NCBI GenBank assembly: GCA_964442455.1
Contig: CAYTZB010000006.1
Coordinates: 9,532-73,531 of the forward strand
DNA length: 64,000 nucleotides
Origin: an uncultured Gammaproteobacteria bacterium
Lineage (GTDB): Bacteria > Patescibacteriota > Microgenomatia > UBA8517 > JACQJR01
Direction: 5' to 3'
Shown: positions 25,475-34,424 of the stretch, piece by piece
Layout of the letters: each line of letters starts with the position of its first letter
How positions within the stretch are numbered: the stretch's first letter is position 1
Position numbers and translations under genes: made by a program
Notes under the pieces: model-generated
What the model saw: only the letters and a program-made list of their open reading frames with translations
The model's database searches: none
Told to the model about the DNA's origin: nothing

Positions 25475-27121
25475 ATGCTTGAAATACAGCGGTTACCTTC
25501 TTCGTCCACCACACCACGCTGGACTGCTATTCGTACGTTTGGACCGCCCGACATGGTGGTGGTCGCTGCTGCTCCCACAGAAGAGACGGGCAGTGCCGCT
25601 CTTTCGCAGCTTGGTAGCTCCTTCTCCGGGGAGCGGATTAAGAATGTTGCTCAGGAGTTTAAGGATACTCTCTCTCTTGTGGTGTTCTCGCGTGCTCGTG
25701 AGCATGCGTATATTGCTGTTATAGGAGAAGGGGAAGTTGAAATTGAGAGGGCTCAAACGCGAGGTGTTTTAGTTTCGGGAGAACGCGCAAGTATGCGGGT
25801 GATAACAGGGGTAATACGCCCCGGGGATGTATTTGTGTTGCGTACTCCTTCTGTAGCTCTATCTGTTCGCATTCCCGCTGTTTCTGACAAAGTAGTGAGA
25901 GAGAGATTAGGGGAGAAGTTTAAAAGAGTAGTTCGACGAGTGTTGTCTGAGGCAGGCATTATACGTACAGGGGTGAGTATATTCTTAAAGAAACTACGCC
26001 AGCGCGATATTTATCTTCACGAGACAAAACCACGTAAGGGAACACTCATAGTCGGCATTTTATTCCTTCTTATTCTTGTGACGGGGATCGTGTGGGGATT
26101 TGCTAAAAATGCGCAAAAGATACGCATTAAAGCATATGAGGAGCGGGTAGCGGAGGTACAGCATAATCTTGAAGAGAGCCGCGAGCTTGCCGATCTTAAT
26201 CCTCCCCGCGCACGTGAGCTCGCCCGTAAGGCAGCGGCCCAGCTTTCGCAGTTGATAAGTGAGGGAGTGAAAGATGAACGGGTGACACTGCTCGCCGAAG
26301 AAGTAGAGCGTGTTGTACCCGACATTCTGGGGGAGTATCACGTCGAGCCAAGACTTCTTGTTGATCTTGGTCTTGTTAGAGAGGGATTCACAACCCATGA
26401 TGTATACGCGAGTGAGGACCAGGTAGTCGTTTTAGATAAAGAGCACAGAATTCTTCTTTCATTTACTATAGAAGGCGGTGATATGCGTGTTCTGGCAGGG
26501 CCAGACACAATTCCCCAAGGGCGGCTTGTTGCGTTGTGGGACGGCCGACCGTATACCCTTGACGGCCAACGAGTTGCACTTGTTGAGAAGGAAGGTGAAG
26601 CGCGCACTGTCATACTTCCCGAGGGTACATGGGGGAGGGTTTCCCACATGGCGGCCTTTGGTGGGAATATATACCTTCTTGATGCGGGCAGAAACGAGAT
26701 TTGGCGCTACTCAGGGTTAGTGAGCAGATTCGGACAAGGTGAAGCATATTTCCGTGAGGGAGTGGATGCGGCGCTTGGGGATGTTGTAAGAATGGCTATT
26801 GATGGGTCGGTGTGGCTGTTGCGGGAAGACGGGAGGATTGCAAAGTATACACGAGGAAGACTTGACGGGTTTCGTATAGAGGGAGTCGAGAACGCGTTTA
26901 ACCACCCGCAGAGCATAACCACGGACTCTCGCTTTTCCAACGTGTATGTCTTAGATAATGGTAATAGCAGAGTTGTGGTGCTTGACAAGTCGGGTGTATT
27001 TAAGGCCCAATACGTGTGGGAGACTATAAAGGATGCTACAGGGATTGCGGTTTCCGAAGAAAAAAAGAAACTACTTATTTTTGTGGGGGGGAAGGTATAC
27101 GAGGTTGAGTTAAAAAATTAA
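25475..27121 (+). CDS. Membrane protein with C-terminal NHL/beta-propeller-like repeats
   Basis: Single TM (LIVGILFLLILVTGIVWGF). C-terminal NHPQSITTDS..NVYVLDNGNSRVVVLD repeats. The start codon may be downstream of 25475. Confidence 0.4.
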   Translation: MLEIQRLPSSSTTPRWTAIRTFGPPDMVVVAAAPTEETGSAALSQLGSSFSGERIKNVAQEFKDTLSLVVFSRAREHAYIAVIGEGEVEIERAQTRGVLVSGERASMRVITGVIRPGDVFVLRTPSVALSVRIPAVSDKVVRERLGEKFKRVVRRVLSEAGIIRTGVSIFLKKLRQRDIYLHETKPRKGTLIVGILFLLILVTGIVWGFAKNAQKIRIKAYEERVAEVQHNLEESRELADLNPPRARELARKAAAQLSQLISEGVKDERVTLLAEEVERVVPDILGEYHVEPRLLVDLGLVREGFTTHDVYASEDQVVVLDKEHRILLSFTIEGGDMRVLAGPDTIPQGRLVALWDGRPYTLDGQRVALVEKEGEARTVILPEGTWGRVSHMAAFGGNIYLLDAGRNEIWRYSGLVSRFGQGEAYFREGVDAALGDVVRMAIDGSVWLLREDGRIAKYTRGRLDGFRIEGVENAFNHPQSITTDSRFSNVYVLDNGNSRVVVLDKSGVFKAQYVWETIKDATGIAVSEEKKKLLIFVGGKVYEVELKN

Positions 27122-27123
27122 AT

Positions 27124-27564
27124 ATGAAGATTATAAATCGTCGAGCGCCTTATGAGTATCAACTACAAGACCGTATTGAGGCGGGTATTTCGCTCTTAGG
27201 TAGCGAAGTAAAATCAATTAAAACAGGAAGAGCAGACCTTTCAGCAAGTATTGTTCGTATGAAAGATGGACAGGCATATTTGTTAAATGCAAATATTCCA
27301 CCTTATCAAGGTGGAGTGCCACAAGATTATAATCCCACCAGAACCCGCAAACTTCTCTTGAATAAAAATGAATTAATCTTTTTAGAAACCAAGGTAAAGC
27401 AGCAGAAATTGACAATTGTGCCTACAAAAGTGTATAGTAAAGGGCAACTAATTAAGGTCGAGATAGCTTTAGCAAAGCCAAAGCGTAAGTTCGAAAAACG
27501 CGAAGCAAAGAGAAGAAAAGATGTTGAAAGAGAAATAGAGCGAGAGTTAAAACCAAGGGGATGA
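27124..27564 (+). CDS. smpB: SsrA-binding protein SmpB
   Basis: Conserved SmpB core (GSEVKSI, TRTRKLLLNKNEL) and a basic C-terminal tail. Followed by tmRNA. Confidence 0.9.
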   Translation: MKIINRRAPYEYQLQDRIEAGISLLGSEVKSIKTGRADLSASIVRMKDGQAYLLNANIPPYQGGVPQDYNPTRTRKLLLNKNELIFLETKVKQQKLTIVPTKVYSKGQLIKVEIALAKPKRKFEKREAKRRKDVEREIERELKPRG

Positions 27565-27914
27565 TAGGTTTCGACGGGAAGCACCTTAACACCCAGGCAA
27601 GCTGAGTTTGGCTCACACTCACTAAACATAAGCCAAAACAAAAACGTCAACTATCCAAGTGGACGTCTAGCGTACGCAACAGCGTAAGCGCTAGCATCTG
27701 TATTGCGTTCTCCTGCGGTGCATTATGGGTGTAAAATAGCAGGATGCTCTTTAACTCTGGTTGATCAGCAGAGGTAAAGAAAAGACCTTCTGGTCTTACC
27801 CTAAAGATTAGTGTCAGCTCTCAAACTTTTGGGGGACACAAACTAACTGACTAAGCTTGTAATACTTGGGTGCTTAGGACTTTTCGGATCCGGGTTCAAC
27901 TCCCGGCATCTCCA
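27557..27914 (+). ncRNA. ssrA: tmRNA (SsrA), CCA not encoded
   Basis: 5' GGGGATGATAGGTTTCGACGGG matches the tmRNA 5' consensus. 3' GGATCCGGGTTCAACTCCCGGCATCTCCA is the T-arm plus acceptor, complementary to the 5' GGGGATG. Candidate tag ORF ...NYPSGRLAYATA ends at TAA 27685-27687. Begins 8 nt before the smpB stop. Confidence 0.8.
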
Positions 27915-27924
27915 CTTAAAATTA

Positions 27925-27953
27925 AAAGCCGGCTTACACGTCGGCTTTTTTCG
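27925..27953 (+). terminator. Rho-independent terminator after ssrA
   Basis: AGCCGGC-TTACACGT-CGGCT hairpin followed by TTTTTT. Confidence 0.6.
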
Positions 27954-27964
27954 TATACTAAAGC

Positions 27965-28642
27965 GTGAACTTTCTTGACCTTCTTTTTCCCAAAAGATGT
28001 GCTGGGTGCGGGAAATTTGGAGCTTACTTGTGCGAGGGGTGCCGCCAGTCTCAACCTCTTCATTTTCCTCAAATCTGCCCCGTGTGCGAGCGGCCGGCGG
28101 TTGATGGCAAAACCCATCCTGGATGCAAAACTCCCTTTAGCTTTGATGGCGCAACTTTTGTTCTCGTTTACCAACCACCAGTTTCTTTACTTATCAGGAG
28201 GCTTAAATACAATTTTGTCCGTGATCTGGCAGAAGCAGTTGTTTCCTGGACTACTGATGAATTAAAAAAACTTCGTTTTCCACAAGATTCTGTTCTTATT
28301 CCTATTCCTCTCCATCGTCTGCGTCGCAATTGGCGCGGATTCAATCAGGCGGAGATTTTAGGCAGGAAAATTGCCAAGGAAATGGGTTGGAACTTTAGAG
28401 ATGATATCTTGGTACGTTCTCAATTCCGCAAACCTCAAACAGAAGTCAAAGAGGCCAAGAAACGTCGCGAAAATGTTCGAGGAATTTTTTCAATTTCACC
28501 TAATAACCCAGTTACCCAATTACCCAGTAACCTAATTTTATTCGATGATGTCTGGACCACCGGTGCCACACTGAAAGAAGCGACAAAGGTGCTTAAAAGG
28601 AATGGAGCAAAATTCGTACACGCGCTGGCAATTGCAAGATGA
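27965..28642 (+). CDS. comFC: ComF family protein (ComFC-type phosphoribosyltransferase with N-terminal zinc ribbon)
   Basis: N-terminal C-x2-C...C-x2-C. PRTase motif LILFDDVWTTGATL. 225 aa. Confidence 0.8.
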   Translation: MNFLDLLFPKRCAGCGKFGAYLCEGCRQSQPLHFPQICPVCERPAVDGKTHPGCKTPFSFDGATFVLVYQPPVSLLIRRLKYNFVRDLAEAVVSWTTDELKKLRFPQDSVLIPIPLHRLRRNWRGFNQAEILGRKIAKEMGWNFRDDILVRSQFRKPQTEVKEAKKRRENVRGIFSISPNNPVTQLPSNLILFDDVWTTGATLKEATKVLKRNGAKFVHALAIAR

Positions 28643-28672
28643 TAAGAAATTTGATACCATAGTCCTAGTTTA

Positions 28673-28758
28673 GGTGGGTTGGCTGAGTGGTCTAAAGCGA
28701 CGGTTTGCTAAACCGTTCTCTCGAAAGGGAGGCACAGGTTCGAATCCTGTACCCACCG
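28673..28758 (+). tRNA. tRNA-Ser(GCT)
   Basis: Cloverleaf with long variable arm. Anticodon loop TTGCTAA. T-loop GGTTCGAATCC. Acceptor GGTGGGT/ACCCACC with discriminator G. Confidence 0.8.
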
Positions 28759-28885
28759 CAGAAAACGAAGTTTTTGAGGATGGGGCAGGATGAGAATTTA
28801 TTCGACATCAAACCTTTAGGGCTTGATGATGAGCGAAGCGAATAATCCTGTACCCACCGCCTTCGGCAAGCGGAGTAGTAAACTT

Positions 28886-28969
28886 GGAGGGTTGGCCGAG
28901 TGGTTTAAGGCGCGAGTTTCGAAAACCCGTGGGAGCAATCCCTCACAGGTTCGAATCCTGTACCCTCCG
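28886..28969 (+). tRNA. tRNA-Ser(CGA)
   Basis: Near-duplicate of the 29739 gene. Anticodon loop TTCGAAA, with one A-C mismatch in the anticodon stem. Long variable arm. Confidence 0.7.
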
Positions 28970-28970
28970 C

Positions 28971-29516
28971 ATGGAGCAACAATCTGCCCAACAGCAAGAG
29001 GGGTTTGTTTCGAGTGAAGAAAGAAGCACTTTAATAAAAGAAGAGACTTTGTTTTCTTGGAAGGCACCGGTCAGGCCTTTTAAAGCAAGAGGTCGCCAAT
29101 TTTTCTCAACGGTTGCCTTAGTGGCGGCACTTCTTTCCATTATTGGGTTTGTGCTTGAGGGATTAATGGTGGTGTTTCTGGTCTGGGCTGTGGTATTTCT
29201 AGTATTTGTCTTGTTCTCTGTACCACCGGAAGAGATAGAGTACGCGATTACGAATAAAAACATTGTAATAGCAGGTAAGAGATATCCCCTGCAGGAAGTG
29301 AGCCGATTTTGGATAAGTGAGCGGTGGGGTCATACACTCTTGGTATTTGAAACGCCGCTTCGTTTTCCCGGCAGACTTGAGCTGGTGTTGGTTGGAATTG
29401 ACAAGGAGCAAGTGAAACAAAAGTTAGAAGAGAGAGTGCAGTATGAGGAAGAAGCACCAGGGTTTGCCGACAAGGCAGCCGGGTGGTTATCAAAACGGTT
29501 GTCATTAAACGAGTAA
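28971..29516 (+). CDS. Membrane protein (two TM plus PH-like C-domain), start immediately after the tRNA
   Basis: The ORF-track start (28884) lies inside the tRNA. The first Met after the tRNA (MEQQSAQQ) is at 28971. Central hydrophobic hairpin. Confidence 0.45.
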   Translation: MEQQSAQQQEGFVSSEERSTLIKEETLFSWKAPVRPFKARGRQFFSTVALVAALLSIIGFVLEGLMVVFLVWAVVFLVFVLFSVPPEEIEYAITNKNIVIAGKRYPLQEVSRFWISERWGHTLLVFETPLRFPGRLELVLVGIDKEQVKQKLEERVQYEEEAPGFADKAAGWLSKRLSLNE

Positions 29517-29528
29517 ATTTGCGCCCAT

Positions 29529-29625
29529 AAGAACCTGCTTCGCAGAACCTTGGCCTTTCAGGCTAAGAACCTGCTTCGCAGAACCTTGGCCTTTCAGGCT
29601 AAGAACCTGCTTCGCAGAACCTTGT
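29529..29625. repeat. 36-bp direct tandem repeat, about 2.7 copies
   Basis: aagaacctgcttcgcagaaccttggcctttcaggct repeated head-to-tail. Flanked on both sides by GCGCCCATA (29521 and the tRNA-Arg start at 29645). Confidence 0.85.
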
Positions 29626-29644
29626 GGACGCTTCGCTATCACTT

Positions 29645-29717
29645 GCGCCCATAGCTTAATTGGATAGAGTAGCGGCTTGCGGAGCCGCTGATCCCAGTTC
29701 GATTCTGGGTGGGCGCG
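29645..29717 (+). tRNA. tRNA-Arg(GCG)
   Basis: Acceptor GCGCCCA/TGGGCGC. Anticodon stem GCGGC/GCCGC with loop TTGCGGA. T-loop TTCGATT. Confidence 0.65.
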
Positions 29718-29738
29718 CAAAGGAGGAAGTATAAGTAG

Positions 29739-29822
29739 GGAGGGTTGGCCGAGTGGTTTATGGCGCGGGTCTTGAAAACCCGTGGGAGCAATCCCTCACA
29801 GGTTCGAATCCTGTACCCTCCG
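29739..29822 (+). tRNA. tRNA-Ser(TGA)
   Basis: Anticodon stem CGGGT/ACCCG, loop CTTGAAA. Long variable arm. T-loop GGTTCGAATCC. Confidence 0.8.
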
Positions 29823-29828
29823 CAGTTT

Positions 29829-29900
29829 GTCTCCGTAGTTCAATGGACAGAACAGGGGCTTCCGGAGCCTCCAATGTGGGTTCAATTCCCGCCGGGGACG
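29829..29900 (+). tRNA. tRNA-Arg(CCG)
   Basis: Acceptor GTCTCCG/CGGGGAC. Anticodon loop TTCCGGA. T-loop TTCAATT. Confidence 0.7.
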
Positions 29901-29909
29901 CAGGTATAT

Positions 29910-30347
29910 ATGGAAGATGAAGTACTTGTGGGCGGTGCAGTTGTCTTTAAGCAGAGAGACGGAAAAGTGTTGTGGCTTATTGCCAAGCCAGGGCAGGAAG
30001 ATGCATGGCAACTACCGAAAGGGGTCGTGCGTCGTGGTGAATCCTCGGTGCGAGGGACGCTGCGCATGGCAGAGGAATTGGCAGGATTAAGAGGTGCTGT
30101 TCTTGAGGAAGTAGGGAGAGTAAGTAACACTACTACTCATAAAGGTATGCCGCTCGTGCGTCGCATAATTTATTACTTAATGCAACAAAAAGGAAGGAAT
30201 GCTGCCCCTTCCTATGCAAAGACACAGTGGGCGGAATTTGCAACTGCGAGGTCACGACTTGCAACCGCTTCTGAGAAGAAGGTTCTTTCCCAAGCACGTA
30301 CACTGCTTACTACATGGCAAAAGCAGCGCACAAGCTTACCCCATTAA
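29910..30347 (+). CDS. NUDIX hydrolase paralog 1
   Basis: NUDIX box region GESSVRGTLRMAEELAG. Start placed at the first Met after tRNA-Arg (MEDEVLVGG), because the ORF-track start (29745) overlaps the tRNAs. Confidence 0.6.
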   Translation: MEDEVLVGGAVVFKQRDGKVLWLIAKPGQEDAWQLPKGVVRRGESSVRGTLRMAEELAGLRGAVLEEVGRVSNTTTHKGMPLVRRIIYYLMQQKGRNAAPSYAKTQWAEFATARSRLATASEKKVLSQARTLLTTWQKQRTSLPH

Positions 30348-30763
30348 TACGACAATTTTCAGCAGGCGGTGCTGTGTATAGAGAAGAGGGAAAAGCGCAC
30401 GAATGGTTGATTATTAGGCCTGCCGGCAGAGATTCTTGGAGACTTCCTAAAGGAATTATTGATAAGGGAGAAACTTCTCTTGAGGCGGCCCAGCGTGAAG
30501 TGCAGGAAGAAGCAGGAGTGGAGACAGAAGTGCTAGGCAAGATTGGACAGGATAAATATTTCTATCGCTTAGGGAAGGACCGTTTCTACAAAACAGTGAC
30601 CTATTTCCTCATGCGTTATCTTCAAGAAGCCAAAGGGCCAATAAGCTTTGAAACAGAAGAAGTAGCTTGGCTTCCGTTTGAGGAAGCTCAAACCAAACTT
30701 ACTTTTCCAGGAGAGAAGGGAATTTTACAAAAGGCTCACAAAATGGTAGAATTAGCCACATAA
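30314..30763 (+). CDS. NUDIX hydrolase paralog 2
   Basis: Canonical NUDIX box GETSLEAAQREVQEEAGV. Confidence 0.75.
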   Translation: MAKAAHKLTPLIRQFSAGGAVYREEGKAHEWLIIRPAGRDSWRLPKGIIDKGETSLEAAQREVQEEAGVETEVLGKIGQDKYFYRLGKDRFYKTVTYFLMRYLQEAKGPISFETEEVAWLPFEEAQTKLTFPGEKGILQKAHKMVELAT

Positions 30764-30765
30764 TT

Positions 30766-30849
30766 GGAGAGGTGGCCGAGTGGTTCAAGGCGTACGCTTG
30801 GAGAGCGTATGGGCGAAAGCCCTCGCAGGTTCGAATCCTGTCCTCTCCG
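30766..30849 (+). tRNA. tRNA-Ser(GGA)
   Basis: Acceptor GGAGAGG/CCTCTCC. Anticodon loop TTGGAGA. Long variable arm. Confidence 0.75.
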
Positions 30850-30855
30850 CTTGTA

Positions 30856-31368
30856 ATGGCACGACAAAAATACCCCATAATAAAAAATAGAGAACTTCAC
30901 AGAATTGTTGCTACAGCTATCATTTACAAAAACCATAAATTCTTAGTCACGCGACGTTCCCTCGATAAGAAACTATGGCCAGGACGCTGGACAGTCCCAG
31001 GGGGAGGAGTTGAAATTGACGATTATGTCACTACACCTCCTACTACCAAAAATGATATTTGGTATTTTGCGCTCGAGAATACGCTGCGGCGCGAGGTAAA
31101 AGAAGAGGTAGGACTTGAAATCGGTAACGTGAGTTACCTTCTTGATTTAGCCTTTATTCGTCCTGATAATACCCCGGTTATTACCTTAAGCTTCTATGCA
31201 CCCTGGAAAAAGGGGAGCGTCAAGCTTGACTCTGAGAGTATTGATTCTGCATGGATAACTGTCAAGGAGGCAGAAAAGTACGATCTTATCGAAGGGATTT
31301 TACAGGAAATACAAATGGTGGACAGGATTCTCCGTGGCAAAAATCCTCGCACCGTGCGTTTTACATAA
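30856..31368 (+). CDS. NUDIX hydrolase paralog 3
   Basis: GGGVEIDD...LRREVKEEVGLE NUDIX box. Start placed at the first Met after the tRNA (MARQKYP). Confidence 0.7.
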   Translation: MARQKYPIIKNRELHRIVATAIIYKNHKFLVTRRSLDKKLWPGRWTVPGGGVEIDDYVTTPPTTKNDIWYFALENTLRREVKEEVGLEIGNVSYLLDLAFIRPDNTPVITLSFYAPWKKGSVKLDSESIDSAWITVKEAEKYDLIEGILQEIQMVDRILRGKNPRTVRFT

Positions 31369-31520
31369 TCCTCTTCTTGTAAGTGTTACAATAGAACCAA
31401 AGTAAAATTAACCTAATTGATCTAATTATTCTAATTTCTAAACAAACCCCAATTTTTAAATTTTATACTTTGAGCATTCTTTAGGTTAATTAGAAATTAG
31501 TAATTAGAAATTTTCAAGAT

Positions 31521-33290
31521 ATGGATTCTCTTGAAGAAATTAAGCAAAAAGTTGATATTGTGTCCTTGATTTCTGAATACGTACAACTTAAACGTGCGGG
31601 GAGAAATTTCAAGGCCCTGTGTCCTTTCCATCAGGAGCGGACTCCCTCGTTTATCGTCTCGCCTGAGCTTCAGATTTGGCACTGTTTTGGAACATGCGGT
31701 GAAGGCGGAGATGTGTTTAAGTTTTTAATGAAAACTGAAGGGATGGAGTTTGGGGAAGCGGTGCGGACACTTTCCCAGCGCGCAGGAGTCAAGCTTACCC
31801 CTCGTTTCGGTCCGCCGCAAGGTGAAAAAGAGCTGCTCTACAAAGTGAATGCTGCTGCCGCTTCCTTCTATCACTACCTTTTAACCCGCCATTCGGTAGG
31901 GAACGTTGCTCTCTCATATTTAAAAAAAGAGCGAGGGTTACGCGATGACACACTTACACGGTTTGAGCTTGGGTTTTCTCCCGACAAACCAGATGCGATT
32001 GCGCAATTTCTTGTGGAAAAAAAAGGATATAAGAGAGAGGATGTGCAACGTGTGGGTCTTGTGGTCCAGAGAGAGAAAGGTTTGATAGATAGATTTCGCG
32101 GGCGGATTGTATTCCCACTGAAGAGTGAGCGAGGAAATGTGGTAGGCTTCTCGGGAAGAGTTTTACCCAAAGATGAAGGGAAAAACCTTGCAAAATATGT
32201 CAATAGTCCTGAAACCCCTGTCTATCAAAAACGTCGCCACTTATTTGGACTTGACGTGACACGCGAAGCGATTAAAAAAGAGGGGTCTGCACTTCTTGTT
32301 GAGGGTGAGTTTGATTTCTTAAGTTGCTGGCAAGCGGGGATACGCAATGTGGTTGCAATTAAGGGCACTGCTTTTACTGAAGAGCAAGCGCGATTGCTCA
32401 CACGATTCACTCCTGAGGCAGTGCTTGCGTTGGATAGCGACAGTGCGGGTTTGGAGGCAACCATACAGGGGATTGAAAGGGCGCTCGAGACCGGACTTAC
32501 TGTTCGTGTTACAACGTTAGGTGCATTCAAAGATCCTGACGAGGCAGTACGTGCGGACTCCGCCCGCTTCACGCAAAAAGTAAAGAGTGCAGTTGGCGCG
32601 TATGAATTTTTTATTGAGCGCGCATTTGCGCATTTTAATCCGCGAGAAGGAAGCGGAGTTGCGGCAATAAGTCGTGAGCTTGTTCCGCTCCTTGCACGCA
32701 TTCCGGATACGATTGTGCAAGCACACTATATACGGCTAGTTGCCGATAAACTGCGCCTTTCTGAGGATGCGGTTGCCAGTCAAGTAGAAAGGGTTCGGAC
32801 GAAGGAGTCTTCTCGTGCTGCGCAACCAAAATCCACAGAAACCTTGCCTGCCAAACCACGCCGAGAGTTGCTGGAGGAACAGTTAGTGAGCTTAGCACTC
32901 CAAACCAATGTTGAATTTCTCACAAGGAGTGAGGAGATGGAAGGGTTACTGCGCACGCCGATTATCTTGCGAATTCGGGAAGAATTAAAAAAGTTTTTTA
33001 CAGAAGGAGAAAAATTTACTCCCCGCCTTTTTATAGAGTCTCTGCCCCACGAATTGACAGAGAGTGCTGCGTCTTTCCTTCTCGCGCAGTTGCCTCCTCA
33101 AGAGGTGCGCAGTGCTCCGCGAGAGCTTGAGAGATTGCGTTTGGAGTTGGCAACTTTGGACCTCTCAACCCAGATTGAGGAACTCACCCAAAAAATTAAA
33201 GCACACGAGGAGAAAGGTACGGATGTAAGGCTTGAACAGGAGGAACTCGCACGACTGATTGCTCATCTTGGTGCGCTTAAAAAAGCGTGA
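31521..33290 (+). CDS. dnaG: DNA primase DnaG
   Basis: Zinc-binding CPFHQERTPSF...CFGCG, TOPRIM EGEFD, 589 aa. Followed by rpoD. Confidence 0.9.
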   Translation: MDSLEEIKQKVDIVSLISEYVQLKRAGRNFKALCPFHQERTPSFIVSPELQIWHCFGTCGEGGDVFKFLMKTEGMEFGEAVRTLSQRAGVKLTPRFGPPQGEKELLYKVNAAAASFYHYLLTRHSVGNVALSYLKKERGLRDDTLTRFELGFSPDKPDAIAQFLVEKKGYKREDVQRVGLVVQREKGLIDRFRGRIVFPLKSERGNVVGFSGRVLPKDEGKNLAKYVNSPETPVYQKRRHLFGLDVTREAIKKEGSALLVEGEFDFLSCWQAGIRNVVAIKGTAFTEEQARLLTRFTPEAVLALDSDSAGLEATIQGIERALETGLTVRVTTLGAFKDPDEAVRADSARFTQKVKSAVGAYEFFIERAFAHFNPREGSGVAAISRELVPLLARIPDTIVQAHYIRLVADKLRLSEDAVASQVERVRTKESSRAAQPKSTETLPAKPRRELLEEQLVSLALQTNVEFLTRSEEMEGLLRTPIILRIREELKKFFTEGEKFTPRLFIESLPHELTESAASFLLAQLPPQEVRSAPRELERLRLELATLDLSTQIEELTQKIKAHEEKGTDVRLEQEELARLIAHLGALKKA

Positions 33291-33341
33291 GTTTGCTAAA
33301 TTGAGGTATAATTAGAATCCGAGAGGATTGCCCAGAGTTTC

Positions 33342-34424
33342 ATGATGAAATTGCGCAAAGTAACACAAGAGCTGGTGAATAAAGGAAAGGACCAAGGGTT
33401 TTTGACAATTGAGGAAATCCTTGAAGTCTTTCCTGATGCCGAGGAACGCGTTGAAGAGATTGACGAGATGTTTCGGCGACTGGTAACTGAAGGCGTGGAC
33501 GTGTTTGAGTCGATGGCAGAAGAGGAATTTAGTGAGACTACATCCCAGGAAGAATTTGAGCGAGAAATCGAGGCTTTAGCAAAACTTGAGCAGGGAGAAG
33601 CAACCGACCCAGTACGCCAGTATTTACGTGAGATTGGTCGATACCGCCTTTTAATTCCAGAAGAAGAGGTAGAGTTGGCAAAACGCGTGGAGAAGCATGA
33701 CAAACGGGCAAAAGCCAAGCTTACCCAGTCAAATTTGCGTCTTGTAGTCTCTATTGCCAAAAAGTATGTTGGGCGAGGATTGTCGCTGCTTGATCTTATC
33801 CAAGAGGGAAATCAAGGGCTTATTCGTGCAGTCGAAAAGTATGATTGGAGAAGAGGATTTAAATTCTCAACCTATGCGACCTGGTGGATTAGGCAGGCAA
33901 TTACCCGCGCGATTGCTGATCAAGCCCGCACCATTCGTATTCCCGTCCACATGGTTGAGACGATTAATCGGCTCTTCAGAACCAGTAGGCGACTCATGCA
34001 AGAGCTGGGTCGAGAACCCACACCCGAGGAGCTTGGCGAAGAGTTGGAATTGCCTGCAGATAGGGTACGCGAAATCTTCAAAATCGCCCAAGAGGTGACC
34101 TCACTTGAAACGCCGGTTGGCGAGGACGAGGATTCACTCCTTGGTGATTTTGTCCATGATGTGACGACCCCCGGGCCTGAAGATGTTGCATCGCGAGAGT
34201 TACTCAAACAACAACTCGAGGAAGTGCTTGGTACCCTTACTCCTCGTGAGGCAGCGGTCGTGCGCATGCGCTTTGGGCTCAGTGGTGATAAGGCCCGCAC
34301 GCTTGAAGAAGTCGGTCGGGAATTCGGCGTTACGCGCGAGCGAATCCGTCAAATCGAGGCAAAGGCACTAAAGAAGTTAAAGCATCCAAGTCGTAGAAAG
34401 AAATTACAGGATTATTTGGATTAG
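33342..34424 (+). CDS. rpoD: RNA polymerase sigma-70 factor RpoD
   Basis: Region 2 ([29 protein letters not shown]), region 3 and region 4. 360 aa. Confidence 0.9.
   Translation: MMKLRKVTQELVNKGKDQGFLTIEEILEVFPDAEERVEEIDEMFRRLVTEGVDVFESMAEEEFSETTSQEEFEREIEALAKLEQGEATDPVRQYLREIGRYRLLIPEEEVELAKRVEKHDKRAKAKLTQSNLRLVVSIAKKYVGRGLSLLDLIQEGNQGLIRAVEKYDWRRGFKFSTYATWWIRQAITRAIADQARTIRIPVHMVETINRLFRTSRRLMQELGREPTPEELGEELELPADRVREIFKIAQEVTSLETPVGEDEDSLLGDFVHDVTTPGPEDVASRELLKQQLEEVLGTLTPREAAVVRMRFGLSGDKARTLEEVGREFGVTRERIRQIEAKALKKLKHPSRRKKLQDYLD

Noticed and set aside
28884-28970. ORF-track starts at 28884, 29745 and 30772 (MEGWPSGLRR..., MAEWFMARVLK..., MAEWFKAYAWR...)
   Set aside because: These N-termini are translations of tRNA-Ser genes (GGAGGGTTGGCCGAGTGG...). 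True starts are moved to the first Met after each tRNA.
29529-29625. Possible CRISPR array
   Set aside because: Repeats are directly adjacent with no spacers, only 2.7 units, and no cas genes. Tandem duplication, not CRISPR.
29505-29720. Minus-strand 71-aa ORF (…QGSAKQVLSLKGQGSAKQVLSLKGQGSAKQVL…)
   Set aside because: It is simply the translation of the 36-bp tandem repeat and overlaps tRNA-Arg. Artefactual ORF.
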